Notes: generated by a model not told the origin, from the sequence alone. Counted from the stretch's first letter, positions 48,465 through 58,848 are shown. The stretch is 64,000 nt of DNA from a candidate division FCPU426 bacterium (GCA_963719085.1 CAVRAL010000001.1:704001-768000), one strand, 5' to 3'. Numbers and translations are program-made.

Positions 48465-49670
48465 TTGAAACAACTCATTCCCATTTCGTTAGCGGCTTTT
48501 TTGATGGTCGCGGTATTTGGCTGCCAGAGAAACAACCAACTGGAAACAGCGGCGGCCTTGGACAAGGCGGGCCAATATCCGGAGGCCATCAAGCTTTACC
48601 AGGATTACTTGAAACAATATCCAGCTTCGGCCCTGACCGCGCGGGTTTATTACCTCATGGCCAAGGATTACGGATCCGGTTCCGACTATACGAACGCGAT
48701 CCTTTGGTACGATAAAATTATCGCCCAATATCCACAAAGCCCCGAGGGGCTGCTGGCCTTGCTGGATGAGGCCGCCCTGTATAAAGACAAATTGAAAAAC
48801 ACCGCCAAGGCTTACGGGTATTCGGAAAAAGCCGTTGGACAATATTTCGCGAACAGCCAGGTCAAGGATGACATTCAATTTTTAGTGGACGCCCAATATC
48901 AAAGCGCCACGGCGTTTTACGCGAAAAAAGACTTCAAAACCTCGAATCAAGTGGCGTCCTCGATCTTTGCCGCTTATCCGGTTCTTTTCATCAATCCGGA
49001 TTCCCGGGCCAAAGTCGAGGCCCTTATTGACCAAACCCGGCGGGCGCTGGGCATGGCCCAGCTTGATTCCAGCGCGGTTTCCATTCGAAGCGAGGAACCG
49101 TTCAACAAAAGTTTTGAGGCGGATTTTGATTCCAATACTTCCACCGTGGAAGCCAAGGTGCTTTCCCCGCAGGGAGATTGGGTGGTTTCCCGCAAACAAG
49201 TGTCCCATTCTTATTATCTTTATCTGGCGAAAAACGATCCCAAGGCCGGCAAATTACGGTTTAACATTATTCCGCATACCTCCGGCGCCAATTTGCCGAA
49301 TTGGTCCCCGGATGAGGCCAATCTGGTGTATTTGCGCGTGACGGGCGCGGGACGGCGCTTAGACCGGATCGAGTTGAAGACCGACAAGACACAAACCCTC
49401 TTTCATTCGGAGGACGCGACCCTGGGGCTTTATCCGGTTTATCATCCGTCGGGTTCCAAAATCGCTTTTGTTTACGCGGGGAACGTGTGGTTGGTCAACG
49501 CGGACGGCACGGACAAAAGTTTATTGAAAACGAACGAACGGCTTGATTATACTGCGCACCTGACTTGGTCCGGCGACGGCACCATGCTTCGATGCGAACA
49601 AAATGGGAAAAAAGAAAAGACGGTCGACGAAGTGCTCATTTTGGACGCGGTGGGAACCTTCAATCCTTGA
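48465..49670 (+). CDS. Lipoprotein with N-terminal TPRs and C-terminal PD40/TolB-like repeats
   Basis: Lipobox-like VFGC; Y..YL..YP.S TPR; PNWSPD, YHPSGSKIAF, LTWSGDG. Confidence 0.7.
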   Translation: MKQLIPISLAAFLMVAVFGCQRNNQLETAAALDKAGQYPEAIKLYQDYLKQYPASALTARVYYLMAKDYGSGSDYTNAILWYDKIIAQYPQSPEGLLALLDEAALYKDKLKNTAKAYGYSEKAVGQYFANSQVKDDIQFLVDAQYQSATAFYAKKDFKTSNQVASSIFAAYPVLFINPDSRAKVEALIDQTRRALGMAQLDSSAVSIRSEEPFNKSFEADFDSNTSTVEAKVLSPQGDWVVSRKQVSHSYYLYLAKNDPKAGKLRFNIIPHTSGANLPNWSPDEANLVYLRVTGAGRRLDRIELKTDKTQTLFHSEDATLGLYPVYHPSGSKIAFVYAGNVWLVNADGTDKSLLKTNERLDYTAHLTWSGDGTMLRCEQNGKKEKTVDEVLILDAVGTFNP

Positions 49671-49686
49671 AATTCAGGGGAAAATC

Positions 49687-51588
49687 TTGAAAAAATTAAT
49701 TCTTTTTATCGTCCTTTCGGTTTGGGGTTGCGCGGCCTCGCCGGCCGGGGCGCAAGACGCCACCATCGCGACCCTTATGAACGCGGTGAAGGCGAACCCC
49801 AATTCCTATGACGCCGAATTCAATCTGGGCGTCGCCTATTTCAACGCCCAACAATATGACTTGGCAGCCCCGGAATTTAAGCGCGCGCACGATTTGAAGT
49901 CCAGCGATACGACCTCCCAAGAAATGTACGAAAGCAGTTTGGGGATTTCGGCCTATCTCAAGGCGGATTATCCGACGGCGATTTCCCATCTGAAGGCCGT
50001 CTTGAGCGTAAACCCAAAAAATCCCAACGCCAACTTGCTTTTGGGAAACGCTTATATCCAGACCAATGACTATAAGGACGCTGAGGCTTTCCTTTTGGGC
50101 AACATCGCGTCCTCCCCGGATAAACCCCAGGTCCTGAAGGACGCACATGAGGGTTTGGCCAAGATTTATATGGATCAAAAAAATTACAAGGCGGCGGAGG
50201 ATCAGCTTACCGCTTTACTCGAGTTGCTTTCCAAGTCAAAAGAAGCGGACCGTTATTTCGGCGCCGCTCAAAATTTAGGCGTCGCTTACTTCCAGTCGGC
50301 GGAAGGCCAGCCGACCTCCATCCAAGCCGGCGATTACGCCAACGCGGTGAGCGCTTGGCAGAAGGCCCTGCAAATACATTCGGACGCCCAAATCGAGAAA
50401 TTTTTGGGTTTCTCCTATTACAACTTGGGCCAATTCCCTGAGGCCATCAATGATTACGAGCTGTCGTTAAAACAAAATCCCGACGACTCCGAGACCTATT
50501 ACAACTTGGCGGTGGCCTACAACGACAACGGCCTTTACGACGAGGCCGCGGCCAATTTCGCCCAAGCGTTTAAAATTGACCCGAAAGATTCCAACGCCGC
50601 AGTCGGCCAAGCCCAGGCCACCGAGGCGGCGATTAACGCGGATCTTGAGAAGGGAAGCAATTATTCCTTGAACAGCCAATATAGCGACGCCATTCAGGAG
50701 TGGGAGAAGGTCTTGGGTTACCAGCCGGACAATAAACAAGCCCAGGATTTTATCGCCGATGCGAAGTCCAAATTAGCGGTGGATGTGGAGAAGCATTATG
50801 AATTAGGTCAAACCGCTTATCACAACGGGAACAGCGTGGTCGCGTTAACCGAGTGGAACACGGCTTTGAAGATGGATCCCTCCAACGAAAAAGCGCAGGA
50901 GGCGTTGAATAAACTGAAGCTTAAAACCAGCGAGAAAATCAGCTCCCTGCTTTCCGACGGCGACGAGCTTTACGCCGAGAAGGACTACGCGGGCGCCATG
51001 GATAAATACCGGCAGGCGGCCAAAATCAATCCCGGCAGTTCGGCCGTTAAAAAGGCGATGAAAAAACTGAAATCCACCCAAGGAGACGCTTTCAATACTT
51101 ATTACGCGGCGGGAAAGTCGAGCGAGCAAAAAGGCGATTTGAAAAAGGCGCTGCTGGATTACGAGACGGCGTCGGGCATTGATCCTTCCAACGGCGACGT
51201 GAAGGACAGGCTGTTCGGGGTGCGGAAAAACTTGAGCAATAAAATCAGCCAGCTCTTGGACGAGGGATCGGTCTTGATGGACAGCGGTAATAAAGACCAG
51301 GCCAGCCAGAAGTTCCAGCAGGTGTTGACGCTGGACCCGGAAAACGTCCGGGCCAACGACTATATCACCAAGATGACGGGCCAAACCTCCGAGCAAAAGG
51401 CGAATTCGGAGAATGTGAAGACGCTTTATTATGAGGGTGTTAACCTATACCTGGATAATAAGATTCCCGACGCCATCGACAAGTGGAAACAGTGCTTAGT
51501 GCTTGATCCGGGTAATGTGAACGCGCAGCAAAACATTTCCAAGGCGCAGGCGAAATTGGAGTCGATCAAGAAGTTGAGCGGAGCCTAG
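49687..51588 (+). CDS. Exported multi-TPR protein
   Basis: Signal peptide (AGA-Q), many TPRs (NLGVAYF, YYNLAVAY, LDP.N..A); TTG after AGGGGA. Confidence 0.85.
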   Translation: MKKLILFIVLSVWGCAASPAGAQDATIATLMNAVKANPNSYDAEFNLGVAYFNAQQYDLAAPEFKRAHDLKSSDTTSQEMYESSLGISAYLKADYPTAISHLKAVLSVNPKNPNANLLLGNAYIQTNDYKDAEAFLLGNIASSPDKPQVLKDAHEGLAKIYMDQKNYKAAEDQLTALLELLSKSKEADRYFGAAQNLGVAYFQSAEGQPTSIQAGDYANAVSAWQKALQIHSDAQIEKFLGFSYYNLGQFPEAINDYELSLKQNPDDSETYYNLAVAYNDNGLYDEAAANFAQAFKIDPKDSNAAVGQAQATEAAINADLEKGSNYSLNSQYSDAIQEWEKVLGYQPDNKQAQDFIADAKSKLAVDVEKHYELGQTAYHNGNSVVALTEWNTALKMDPSNEKAQEALNKLKLKTSEKISSLLSDGDELYAEKDYAGAMDKYRQAAKINPGSSAVKKAMKKLKSTQGDAFNTYYAAGKSSEQKGDLKKALLDYETASGIDPSNGDVKDRLFGVRKNLSNKISQLLDEGSVLMDSGNKDQASQKFQQVLTLDPENVRANDYITKMTGQTSEQKANSENVKTLYYEGVNLYLDNKIPDAIDKWKQCLVLDPGNVNAQQNISKAQAKLESIKKLSGA

Positions 51589-51607
51589 TTGGTTTTTTAA
51601 AAAAAGC

Positions 51608-51684
<77 letters not shown>

Positions 51685-51774
51685 TTTTTGTTTAAGCGAA
51701 GGTGTGGCCCTACGAATTTTTTCTCCCCCATTTTTTCAGTTTCCCCTCTCAAAAAAAACAGTTCGTTTTTTGTT

Positions 51775-53295
51775 TTGGTTTTATGGATATTTGTTTTAGG
51801 AAAACCCGCGGGCGCCCAGTCCTTGGCCCCGGCCGAAAGCCAGGACTTCGCCCAATCCGACACCGTTTTCCTTCCCGCCGGCACGGATGATTTGGGGTCG
51901 CTACCTTACCGGATCCAACTGGCGCCCTCACAGGATGGGTTCAACTCCGTGGCGGGGCTCTTGTCCGGGCAAGTGGGATGGGGGAATGATCTGGGCCAGG
52001 GCGCGGCGGGCCTGAGGGCTTTGCCGCCCGGTCTTTTATTTGAGGGGGTGGCTTATCCGCTCGCCAACCGGAATATTCTCAACTGGATGCCGGCTTTGGG
52101 TTCGATGGAACTTTTGAACTTTCCCGCGGAGGCTTGGTGGGGTCCGTCGGCCGCGGCGGGCGCGATCCAGGTTCGGGAACCGGAATTGGGTGATCACCCG
52201 GCCGGACAAATGACCCTTTGGGGCGGGACGGGACCCTTCGGCGATTTTTCGGGAAAATATTCGGATTCAAACTTGGCCGTTTTGGGTGATTACAGGCATG
52301 CGCCCGACAGCGATTTTGTAAATTTGACTCAGCAAACTTTCACCTTACAAGCCAAAGCCCAACTGATCAACGATGATGAATGGGATTTGCATGGCGGTTT
52401 TTTGGGCGCTCAAAATGACACAGGCGATCATTGGTATTCCTGGGTGGGCGATTTGCGGTGGTCGGATCAAAATTTTCAATCCCTCAGGCTGCGTCCTTAT
52501 TTTCAGTCCGCCAAGGCTCAAAATGAGCAGGCCGATGAGGCGGGAAGCCGCCTGGACTATGACGTCAATTTGGCGGGGGCGGTGGAAGGGAATGTGGCCC
52601 TGGGACTTAGCCGTCTTTATTCCAACGGCGGCGGCCCCTGGGGGAATCAAAACCAAGGCTATGTTCAAAACACGGATTTGATTGACGCCTTGGGGGATTT
52701 TACCCTCAACTTGGCTTTTCGGCTGGATTTTTCCAGCGTTCAAAATTCGAATTTCTCCTCTTTGATGGGTGTGCAATACAACCTGGGAATCGTCACTTGG
52801 CTTGGGGATTACGCCGCGGGATTGGATCCTCTGTCCGGGAATTCAGTTCAGCAGGAAGACTTGGGCGCCAAAATCAACCTCGAAACCGAGGACGAACTCG
52901 ATCTTTTATACGTCCATCAATACAACAGCCAGGTTGTTTTAAACGGCGGCACGGTGAAATTCTTGAAGGGTTTTGAGCGCTTGGATGGCCCGGTTTTGGA
53001 AGAGGCGTCTTTGGATCTCGAGGCCCAAGTATTGAGAACTATTTTCGGACAAAATTTGGGGGATGTGAGTTTAGGATTTACCGGCCGCCTGTTTCATTCG
53101 CTCCGGGTGCGGATCAGCGCGAGAGCGACGCAAGACGCGCCCTGGTACGGAACGGCCAGTTTGGCTTATCCCGTGGAACCCCGGCTGGTGTTTTTTGTCA
53201 CCGGTCAAAACTTGGGAAATAATCCGGTTTCTTGGCCCGAATCCGATTTTCAGCCGGGGTTTAACTTGATGGGGGGCATGACTTTGGGATTCTAA
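51775..53295 (+). CDS. Putative outer-membrane beta-barrel, degenerate TonB-dependent receptor-like
   Basis: Signal peptide (AGA-Q), plug-like WWGPSAAAGAIQV, amphipathic strands, terminal ...TLGF; start uncertain (ORF track 51655 overlaps tRNA). Confidence 0.55.
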   Translation: MVLWIFVLGKPAGAQSLAPAESQDFAQSDTVFLPAGTDDLGSLPYRIQLAPSQDGFNSVAGLLSGQVGWGNDLGQGAAGLRALPPGLLFEGVAYPLANRNILNWMPALGSMELLNFPAEAWWGPSAAAGAIQVREPELGDHPAGQMTLWGGTGPFGDFSGKYSDSNLAVLGDYRHAPDSDFVNLTQQTFTLQAKAQLINDDEWDLHGGFLGAQNDTGDHWYSWVGDLRWSDQNFQSLRLRPYFQSAKAQNEQADEAGSRLDYDVNLAGAVEGNVALGLSRLYSNGGGPWGNQNQGYVQNTDLIDALGDFTLNLAFRLDFSSVQNSNFSSLMGVQYNLGIVTWLGDYAAGLDPLSGNSVQQEDLGAKINLETEDELDLLYVHQYNSQVVLNGGTVKFLKGFERLDGPVLEEASLDLEAQVLRTIFGQNLGDVSLGFTGRLFHSLRVRISARATQDAPWYGTASLAYPVEPRLVFFVTGQNLGNNPVSWPESDFQPGFNLMGGMTLGF

Positions 53296-53304
53296 AGGCC
53301 GTCC

Positions 53305-53333
53305 TTGACCCGCCCAAACCCGCGTGTTAGTTT
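53305..53333 (+). promoter_or_regulatory. Putative promoter for a leaderless mRNA
   Basis: TTGACC-17 bp-TAGTTT with TG extension, 6 nt before ATG 53340, no SD. Confidence 0.45.
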
Positions 53334-53339
53334 TTACTT

Positions 53340-54278
53340 ATGAAAAAAAATGTCTCAGCCGCGCTTGTTCTTTTGGTTTTGGCCCTTTTCGGGGCGCGGG
53401 CTGTTTTCGCCCAAGACCCGGGAACCAGCGGAGCGGACATTCTTAAAAGCCCGATCGGCGTTCGGGCCGCGGCCATGGCGGGAACTTACGCCGCATTCGG
53501 GGACGATGTTTATGTGATCGGCTATAACCCGGCGGGTCTGGCCCGGATTTCAAAATATAGTTTGGGACTGGATCACATTGATGGAATCGCGGGGGTTGAA
53601 ACCGAGGCCCTGAGTGTGGCGATTCCGACCCGAAATTACGGTAATTTCGGGGGCCAAATCATCTACCGCCATTTGCCGGTCATTCAAAATACACTGGCCA
53701 CCGACCCGCCCGTTGAATCTTCCGATATCGTTTTGACCGTGGCCGACGCGCAGCAGTTTGGGGGGATCGCGGTGGGCGGGTCTTTGAAAACACTTTTTTC
53801 CAACCTCGGCGGCAAACAAGCTTTGGTGGAGGCGATTGATTTAGGGATAAAGTTCCAGTTGTTGCAGACTGACATGGCTTTTGTCCTCCAAAATATGGGG
53901 GCGGGAGTCCAGTACCAGCCCAATACCTCCGGTGCTTCCGATCCCTTGCCTTTTACCGTTCGTTTCGGATTGGCCCGGCCCTTGATTGTCTCGCCCATTT
54001 CCACCCTGTTGGCCGGCGCCGAGGGGCTTTATGTGAATGATGAGGGGCCCCAGGCGTCCTTTGCTTTGGAATATTGGTATCGCAGCATATTGGCTTTTCG
54101 GGCCGGGTACCGTTTTAGCGATCCCGGAAACTTATCGGGCGGCCTTTCGGCCGGCGCGGGATTTCGCTTTACCATTGGGGATCTGGAGGGGGAGGTAGGC
54201 TACGCTTGGCATCCCGCTTCGGTCGATTCAAATTTCATGGTGAATTCCAATAATTTCGGCTTGCTTTTGTGGTATTAA
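53340..54278 (+). CDS. PorV/PorQ-family outer membrane beta-barrel
   Basis: LKSPIGVRAAAMAG.Y....DD....YNPAGLA; AFRAGY; ends in aromatic WY. Confidence 0.8.
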   Translation: MKKNVSAALVLLVLALFGARAVFAQDPGTSGADILKSPIGVRAAAMAGTYAAFGDDVYVIGYNPAGLARISKYSLGLDHIDGIAGVETEALSVAIPTRNYGNFGGQIIYRHLPVIQNTLATDPPVESSDIVLTVADAQQFGGIAVGGSLKTLFSNLGGKQALVEAIDLGIKFQLLQTDMAFVLQNMGAGVQYQPNTSGASDPLPFTVRFGLARPLIVSPISTLLAGAEGLYVNDEGPQASFALEYWYRSILAFRAGYRFSDPGNLSGGLSAGAGFRFTIGDLEGEVGYAWHPASVDSNFMVNSNNFGLLLWY

Positions 54279-54291
54279 GCCTAGGTTGCGC

Positions 54292-54320
54292 TTGACAAGG
54301 CGCCCCCAGGCCCATAAACT
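54292..54320 (+). promoter_or_regulatory. sigma70 promoter of rplU-rpmA
   Basis: TTGACA-17 bp-TAAACT. Confidence 0.7.
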
Positions 54321-54383
54321 CATACGTTCTTCGGCCTATTTCTCATTGAGATTAGGCGTTTTATTATTTTAGGGAGGCAGTTC

Positions 54384-54695
54384 ATGTACGCCGTGATTCA
54401 AACGGGTGGTAAACAATACCGCGTTTCTGAAGGGGATGTGATTACGGTTGATCGAGTTCAAGGCGATCCGGGCGATCCGATCGTTTTTAATAAGGTCATC
54501 CTTTTGGAAAACGCCGGCAAGCTTCAAGTCGTTTCGACGGAAATGAAAAACGCGAAAGTGACGGGAAAAATTCTCGCCAACATGCAGGGCAAGAAAATCC
54601 GCGTTTTCCGTTATCGCCGCCGTAAAAACACGATGAAAACCAAAGGTTCTCGTCCCAAATACACCTCGATCTCCATCGAGAAAATAACCGTTTAA
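54384..54695 (+). CDS. rplU: 50S ribosomal protein L21
   Basis: MYAVIQTGGKQYRV. Confidence 0.97.
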   Translation: MYAVIQTGGKQYRVSEGDVITVDRVQGDPGDPIVFNKVILLENAGKLQVVSTEMKNAKVTGKILANMQGKKIRVFRYRRRKNTMKTKGSRPKYTSISIEKITV

Positions 54696-54713
54696 TCATC
54701 CAGGAGGATAACC

Positions 54714-54974
54714 ATGGGTCAGCATAAAGCGGGTGGTTCCACCCGGAATGGTCGCGATAGCAATAGTCAGCGGTTGGGATTGAAAGCTTACGGCGGAAAC
54801 TACGTGACGGCCGGAAGCATTCTGGTCCGTCAAAGAGGGCTTCGTTATAAGCCGGGTACCAACGTGGGCGTCGGAAAAGACGACACCTTGTTCGCCACGG
54901 TTTCGGGCTTGGTTACTTTTCGCGAGTTTAAAAAAGGCGGGAAGATGATCAGTGTTGAACCGGCGCAAGCTTAA
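54714..54974 (+). CDS. rpmA: 50S ribosomal protein L27
   Basis: [33 protein letters not shown]. Confidence 0.97.
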   Translation: MGQHKAGGSTRNGRDSNSQRLGLKAYGGNYVTAGSILVRQRGLRYKPGTNVGVGKDDTLFATVSGLVTFREFKKGGKMISVEPAQA

Positions 54975-54994
54975 CTCAAAAATTTTCTAATCTT

Positions 54995-55023
54995 AAAAAC
55001 CCCGCCTATGGCGGGGTTTTTTT
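54995..55023 (+). terminator. Rho-independent terminator after rpmA
   Basis: AAAAACCCCGCC-TAT-GGCGGGGTTTTT then T-run. Confidence 0.85.
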
Positions 55024-55065
55024 ATTTACGGGCAAATTTCTAAACAAATCGGATGGTTGAAGTTC

Positions 55066-56364
55066 ATGATTATCGACGAAGTGGTGCTAACTTTGGAGGC
55101 GGGAGCGGGCGGCGATGGATGCCTGAGCTTCCGGCGGGAAAAATTTATCCCCCGAGGCGGTCCCGACGGCGGCAACGGGGGCCGGGGCGGCAGTATTTAT
55201 TTTGAGGCCCGGCTGGACGCCCACACCTTGATCGATTTTACTTTCCGCCCGATTTTCGAGGCCCATCACGGACAGCATGGCAAGGGCAAGAATATGCATG
55301 GCCGCCACTCCGAAGACGTGGTGATTCCGGTTCCGGTGGGAACCATGGTTTTCAACGCGGACCGGGAATTGATCGTCGACATGGACCAAGCGGGAAAGCG
55401 GTTTCTCATCGCCAAGGGAGGCCGGGGCGGCCGGGGCAACACGACCTTTACCAATTCCACTCATCAAGCGCCAAAGATCGCCGAAAAAGGGGAACCGGGC
55501 GAGAAAAAAATAGTCCGCCTGGAGCTCAAACTCCTGGCGGATGTGGGTCTTTTGGGGTTTCCCAACGCGGGAAAATCCACCCTTTTGTCCCGGGTCACCA
55601 AGGCCACGCCCAAAATCGCCGATTATCCCTTTACCACTTTGGAACCGCATTTGGGGGTGGTCCAGTTGTCCGAGGGGCGAAGCTTCATTTTGGCCGATCT
55701 TCCCGGACTCATTGAGAATGCCAGTGAGGGAAAGGGATTGGGCATCAAGTTTTTGAAGCACTTGGAACGAACGAAGCTGCTTTTGCATTTGGTGGAGCTT
55801 AACGAAGCTGAGCCCTTGGCGAGCCTTGAGAAAAAAATCAAGACGATCCAAAAAGAATTGAAAAAGTACAGCGCCGGGTTGGCCAAACGGCCTTGGATTT
55901 TAGTTTTGACTAAGGCGGACGCTTTTTTTGACCGGGATAAGATCGCCAAATGGAAGATCCGCCTTGAAAAGAAATACGGACAGGTTTTTCTCATTTCCTC
56001 GGTGGCGGGACAGGGTTTGAAAGAGCTTTTGGAGGAAGTTTGGAAAAAGCTTTCCGTGATATGGGAAGAGGAAAAAAAGTTCGTGGCCGAGCCCGTGGAA
56101 GCGGTTTACGAGTCGAAGGAAAGATTCCATATTGAGAAAGAGGACGGAACCTATTTTGTGACCGGGCCCGAAATTGACAAGTGGGTGGCCATGACCAATT
56201 TTCACACCTGGGACGCGCTGGAGCGCTTTCAGAAAATTGTGGCGAGAATGGGCGTGGTGCGCGAATTGAAGAAAATGGGCGTGAAAGAGGGAGACCGTAT
56301 TTATTTCGCCGATCAAGAATTGACCTATGCCTCGAACAATCTGGGGGTCGACCGTGAATCGTGA
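55066..56364 (+). CDS. obgE: GTPase ObgE/CgtA with C-terminal OCT domain
   Basis: FRREKF.P.GGPDGG.GG.GG, GFPNAGKST, YPFTTL.P, DLPG, TKAD. Confidence 0.97.
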   Translation: MIIDEVVLTLEAGAGGDGCLSFRREKFIPRGGPDGGNGGRGGSIYFEARLDAHTLIDFTFRPIFEAHHGQHGKGKNMHGRHSEDVVIPVPVGTMVFNADRELIVDMDQAGKRFLIAKGGRGGRGNTTFTNSTHQAPKIAEKGEPGEKKIVRLELKLLADVGLLGFPNAGKSTLLSRVTKATPKIADYPFTTLEPHLGVVQLSEGRSFILADLPGLIENASEGKGLGIKFLKHLERTKLLLHLVELNEAEPLASLEKKIKTIQKELKKYSAGLAKRPWILVLTKADAFFDRDKIAKWKIRLEKKYGQVFLISSVAGQGLKELLEEVWKKLSVIWEEEKKFVAEPVEAVYESKERFHIEKEDGTYFVTGPEIDKWVAMTNFHTWDALERFQKIVARMGVVRELKKMGVKEGDRIYFADQELTYASNNLGVDRES

Positions 56365-57493
56365 CCGTTCGAAAAGCCTCGCGAAAGTCAAAAAAATCGT
56401 CATCAAGATCGGCAGCAGCTTGTTGACGGGCGATCAGTCCACCGGGATCCGAACCCGTTTTTTGGCCGCCATCGCTTCCCAAATCCAAAGGCTGCAGGCC
56501 CGCGGGTTGCAATGCACCGTGGTGTCCTCGGGCGCCATTTCGGCCGGCTTGTTCGAGCTCAAACTCAAAAAAAGGCCCAAGGCGATCCCCCAATTACAGG
56601 CCCTGGCGGCCGTCGGGCAAAGCAGCTTAATGCACGCTTATGAGAAGACCTTTCGGAAACGGAAGTTGAAAGTCGCCCAGGTTTTATTGACGAGGGAGGA
56701 TTTATCGGACCGGAGCCGGTACTCCAACGCGCGCAACACCTTTACCGAGCTGTTCAAGAACCGAATCGTCCCCATTGTGAATGAAAATGACACGGTGGCG
56801 GTCGAGGAAATTAAATTCGGCGACAACGACACCTTGGCAGTTTTGGTCTCCCATCTGACGGAGTCCGATCTTTTGGTTTTATTGACGGATACGGATGGGT
56901 TCTATGAGATGGATCCTAAATTAAACCCGAAAGCCAAGATCGTTTCGGACGTCAAAAGCTGGGATGTGGCCTATGAGAAGAGCGCCTCTTCCTCGCGCTC
57001 CCTGGTGGGAACGGGAGGCATGATCACCAAAATCCGCGCGGCGAAAAATATGATGGATTCGGGCGTTCCCATGGCCATTGTCAATGGAAACTCCAAAGAC
57101 ATATTGCTGAAACTGACCCAAGGGCAGGACGTCGGCACTTTTTTTCATTCGGCCGGTTCCAAAATGAAAAGCCGGGAGCGCTGGCTGGCCTGGAGCGTTA
57201 ACCCGAAGGGCGAGATTATGGTGGATGACGGCGCCCGAAAAGCGATAGCGGAAAACCATAAAAGTCTGCTTCCCAGCGGTGTCCAGAAGGTGTCGGGACA
57301 GTGGGGGTCGGGGGATGTGGTGAAAATTATGGACTCGCAAAAACGCGAGCTGGCGCGTGGAATCGCCAATTATTCCTCGGTGGAGCTGGATCAAGTGAAA
57401 GGATTGAGGACTCAGGACGCCCGCCAAGTCTTGGGCTATGCCGTAAGGGATGAAGTGGTGCATTGCGATAACATGGTCCGCACGGAAAATTAA
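56354..57493 (+). CDS. proB: Glutamate 5-kinase (with PUA domain)
   Basis: IKIGSSLL, VSSGA, NENDTV, FGDNDTL, GTGGM.TK. Confidence 0.96.
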   Translation: MNRDRSKSLAKVKKIVIKIGSSLLTGDQSTGIRTRFLAAIASQIQRLQARGLQCTVVSSGAISAGLFELKLKKRPKAIPQLQALAAVGQSSLMHAYEKTFRKRKLKVAQVLLTREDLSDRSRYSNARNTFTELFKNRIVPIVNENDTVAVEEIKFGDNDTLAVLVSHLTESDLLVLLTDTDGFYEMDPKLNPKAKIVSDVKSWDVAYEKSASSSRSLVGTGGMITKIRAAKNMMDSGVPMAIVNGNSKDILLKLTQGQDVGTFFHSAGSKMKSRERWLAWSVNPKGEIMVDDGARKAIAENHKSLLPSGVQKVSGQWGSGDVVKIMDSQKRELARGIANYSSVELDQVKGLRTQDARQVLGYAVRDEVVHCDNMVRTEN

Positions 57494-57497
57494 ACCT

Positions 57498-58742
57498 ATG
57501 CGAGACATTCTTCAACAACTGGAAAAGGCGAGAAAGGCTTGGAACGCTTTATCCATCGCCTCGACGGTGGAAAAAAACCGGGCTTTGAGCGAAATGGCGG
57601 CGGCGATCGACCGGGACCAAGCCAAGATTCTTGAGGCGAACCGGGTTGACCTTCAAGCCGCTCAAAAGTCGGGGATTACCGGAGCCATGCTGAGCCGGTT
57701 GGAACTCAACGATAAAAAACTGAAGTCCATGATCCAGGGAATTCGGGACATTGAAGCCTTAGAGGATCCGATCGGAAGATCCTTGTCCACGGTAACGCGG
57801 CCCAATGGGTTGCAAATCACCCAAATGAGCGTCCCCATCGGGGTGACCGCGGTCATTTATGAGTCGCGCCCTAACGTGACCTCGGATGTGGCGGCGCTGG
57901 CTTTAAAGTCTGGGAACGCGATCGTTTTACGCGGCGGAAAGGAGTCGATTCACAGCAACCGCGCGATTGTTGAAAGCCTGACCCAAGCCTTGGAAAAAAC
58001 CTCCATCCCAAAGGACTGCGTTCAATTCATTGACACGACTGATCGGGAGGCCGTGACGGCCCTTTTGAACGCCACCGGATTGTTGGACTTGATTATTCCC
58101 CGGGGCGGGGAATCGCTCATTAAAACCATTGTGGAACACTCCCGGGTTCCCGTCATTTATCAATCCACCGGGGTTTGCCATACCTTCGTGGACGCGGACG
58201 CCGACTTGAAAATGGCGTTGGAAGTGGCCGTGAACGCCAAAACCTCCAATCCCTCGGTTTGCAACGCCATGGAATGTCTTTTGGTGCATCGGTCGGTGGC
58301 CGAGGATTTTTTGCCGGATCTTTTCAAAAAAATGACTGAATTGAAGGTTGAGATCCGATCGGACGAAAAAGGGCGAAAGTTCATGCCCGAAGCCAAGCCG
58401 GCCGCGCCGGAAGATTTTGGCCGTGAATTTTTGGATTTGATTTTGGCGGTGAAAGTGGTTGAGAATTTGGAGGAGGCGATGGAGCATATCGGCCGCTATG
58501 GGTCCCGCCATTCGGAGGCGATCCTGACGAATAGCTACCCCAACGCCCAAGCCTTTTTGAAGCGAATCGACGCGGCTTGTGTTTACGTCAACGCTTCCAC
58601 GCGTTTTACGGATGGGGGCGAGTTTGGCTTTGGGGCGGAAGTCGGGATCAGCACCCAAAAGCTTCATGCCCGGGGACCGATGGGGCTTCATGAATTGACC
58701 ACCACCAAATATTTAATTTTGGGGTCGGGGCAGATTCGGTAA
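57498..58742 (+). CDS. proA: Gamma-glutamyl phosphate reductase
   Basis: IYESRPNVT, VCNAME, NASTRFTDGGEFG.GAE.GISTQKLHARGP. Confidence 0.96.
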   Translation: MRDILQQLEKARKAWNALSIASTVEKNRALSEMAAAIDRDQAKILEANRVDLQAAQKSGITGAMLSRLELNDKKLKSMIQGIRDIEALEDPIGRSLSTVTRPNGLQITQMSVPIGVTAVIYESRPNVTSDVAALALKSGNAIVLRGGKESIHSNRAIVESLTQALEKTSIPKDCVQFIDTTDREAVTALLNATGLLDLIIPRGGESLIKTIVEHSRVPVIYQSTGVCHTFVDADADLKMALEVAVNAKTSNPSVCNAMECLLVHRSVAEDFLPDLFKKMTELKVEIRSDEKGRKFMPEAKPAAPEDFGREFLDLILAVKVVENLEEAMEHIGRYGSRHSEAILTNSYPNAQAFLKRIDAACVYVNASTRFTDGGEFGFGAEVGISTQKLHARGPMGLHELTTTKYLILGSGQIR

Positions 58743-58848
58743 CTGTAATCTTTTTTTACACTTTATGGCTTGTCAAAACGCGGTTTGGCAAGTTTAATTG
58801 TATTCACGACAATTTAACCGACTCTGAAAAGTCAAAACGGGTCTAAAA

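Noticed and set aside
55087..56593. Several minus-strand ORFs
   Set aside because: Shadows of obgE/proB
58743..58848. CIRCE element upstream of J-protein/Hsp70
   Set aside because: No TTAGCACTC-N9-GAGTGCTAA match
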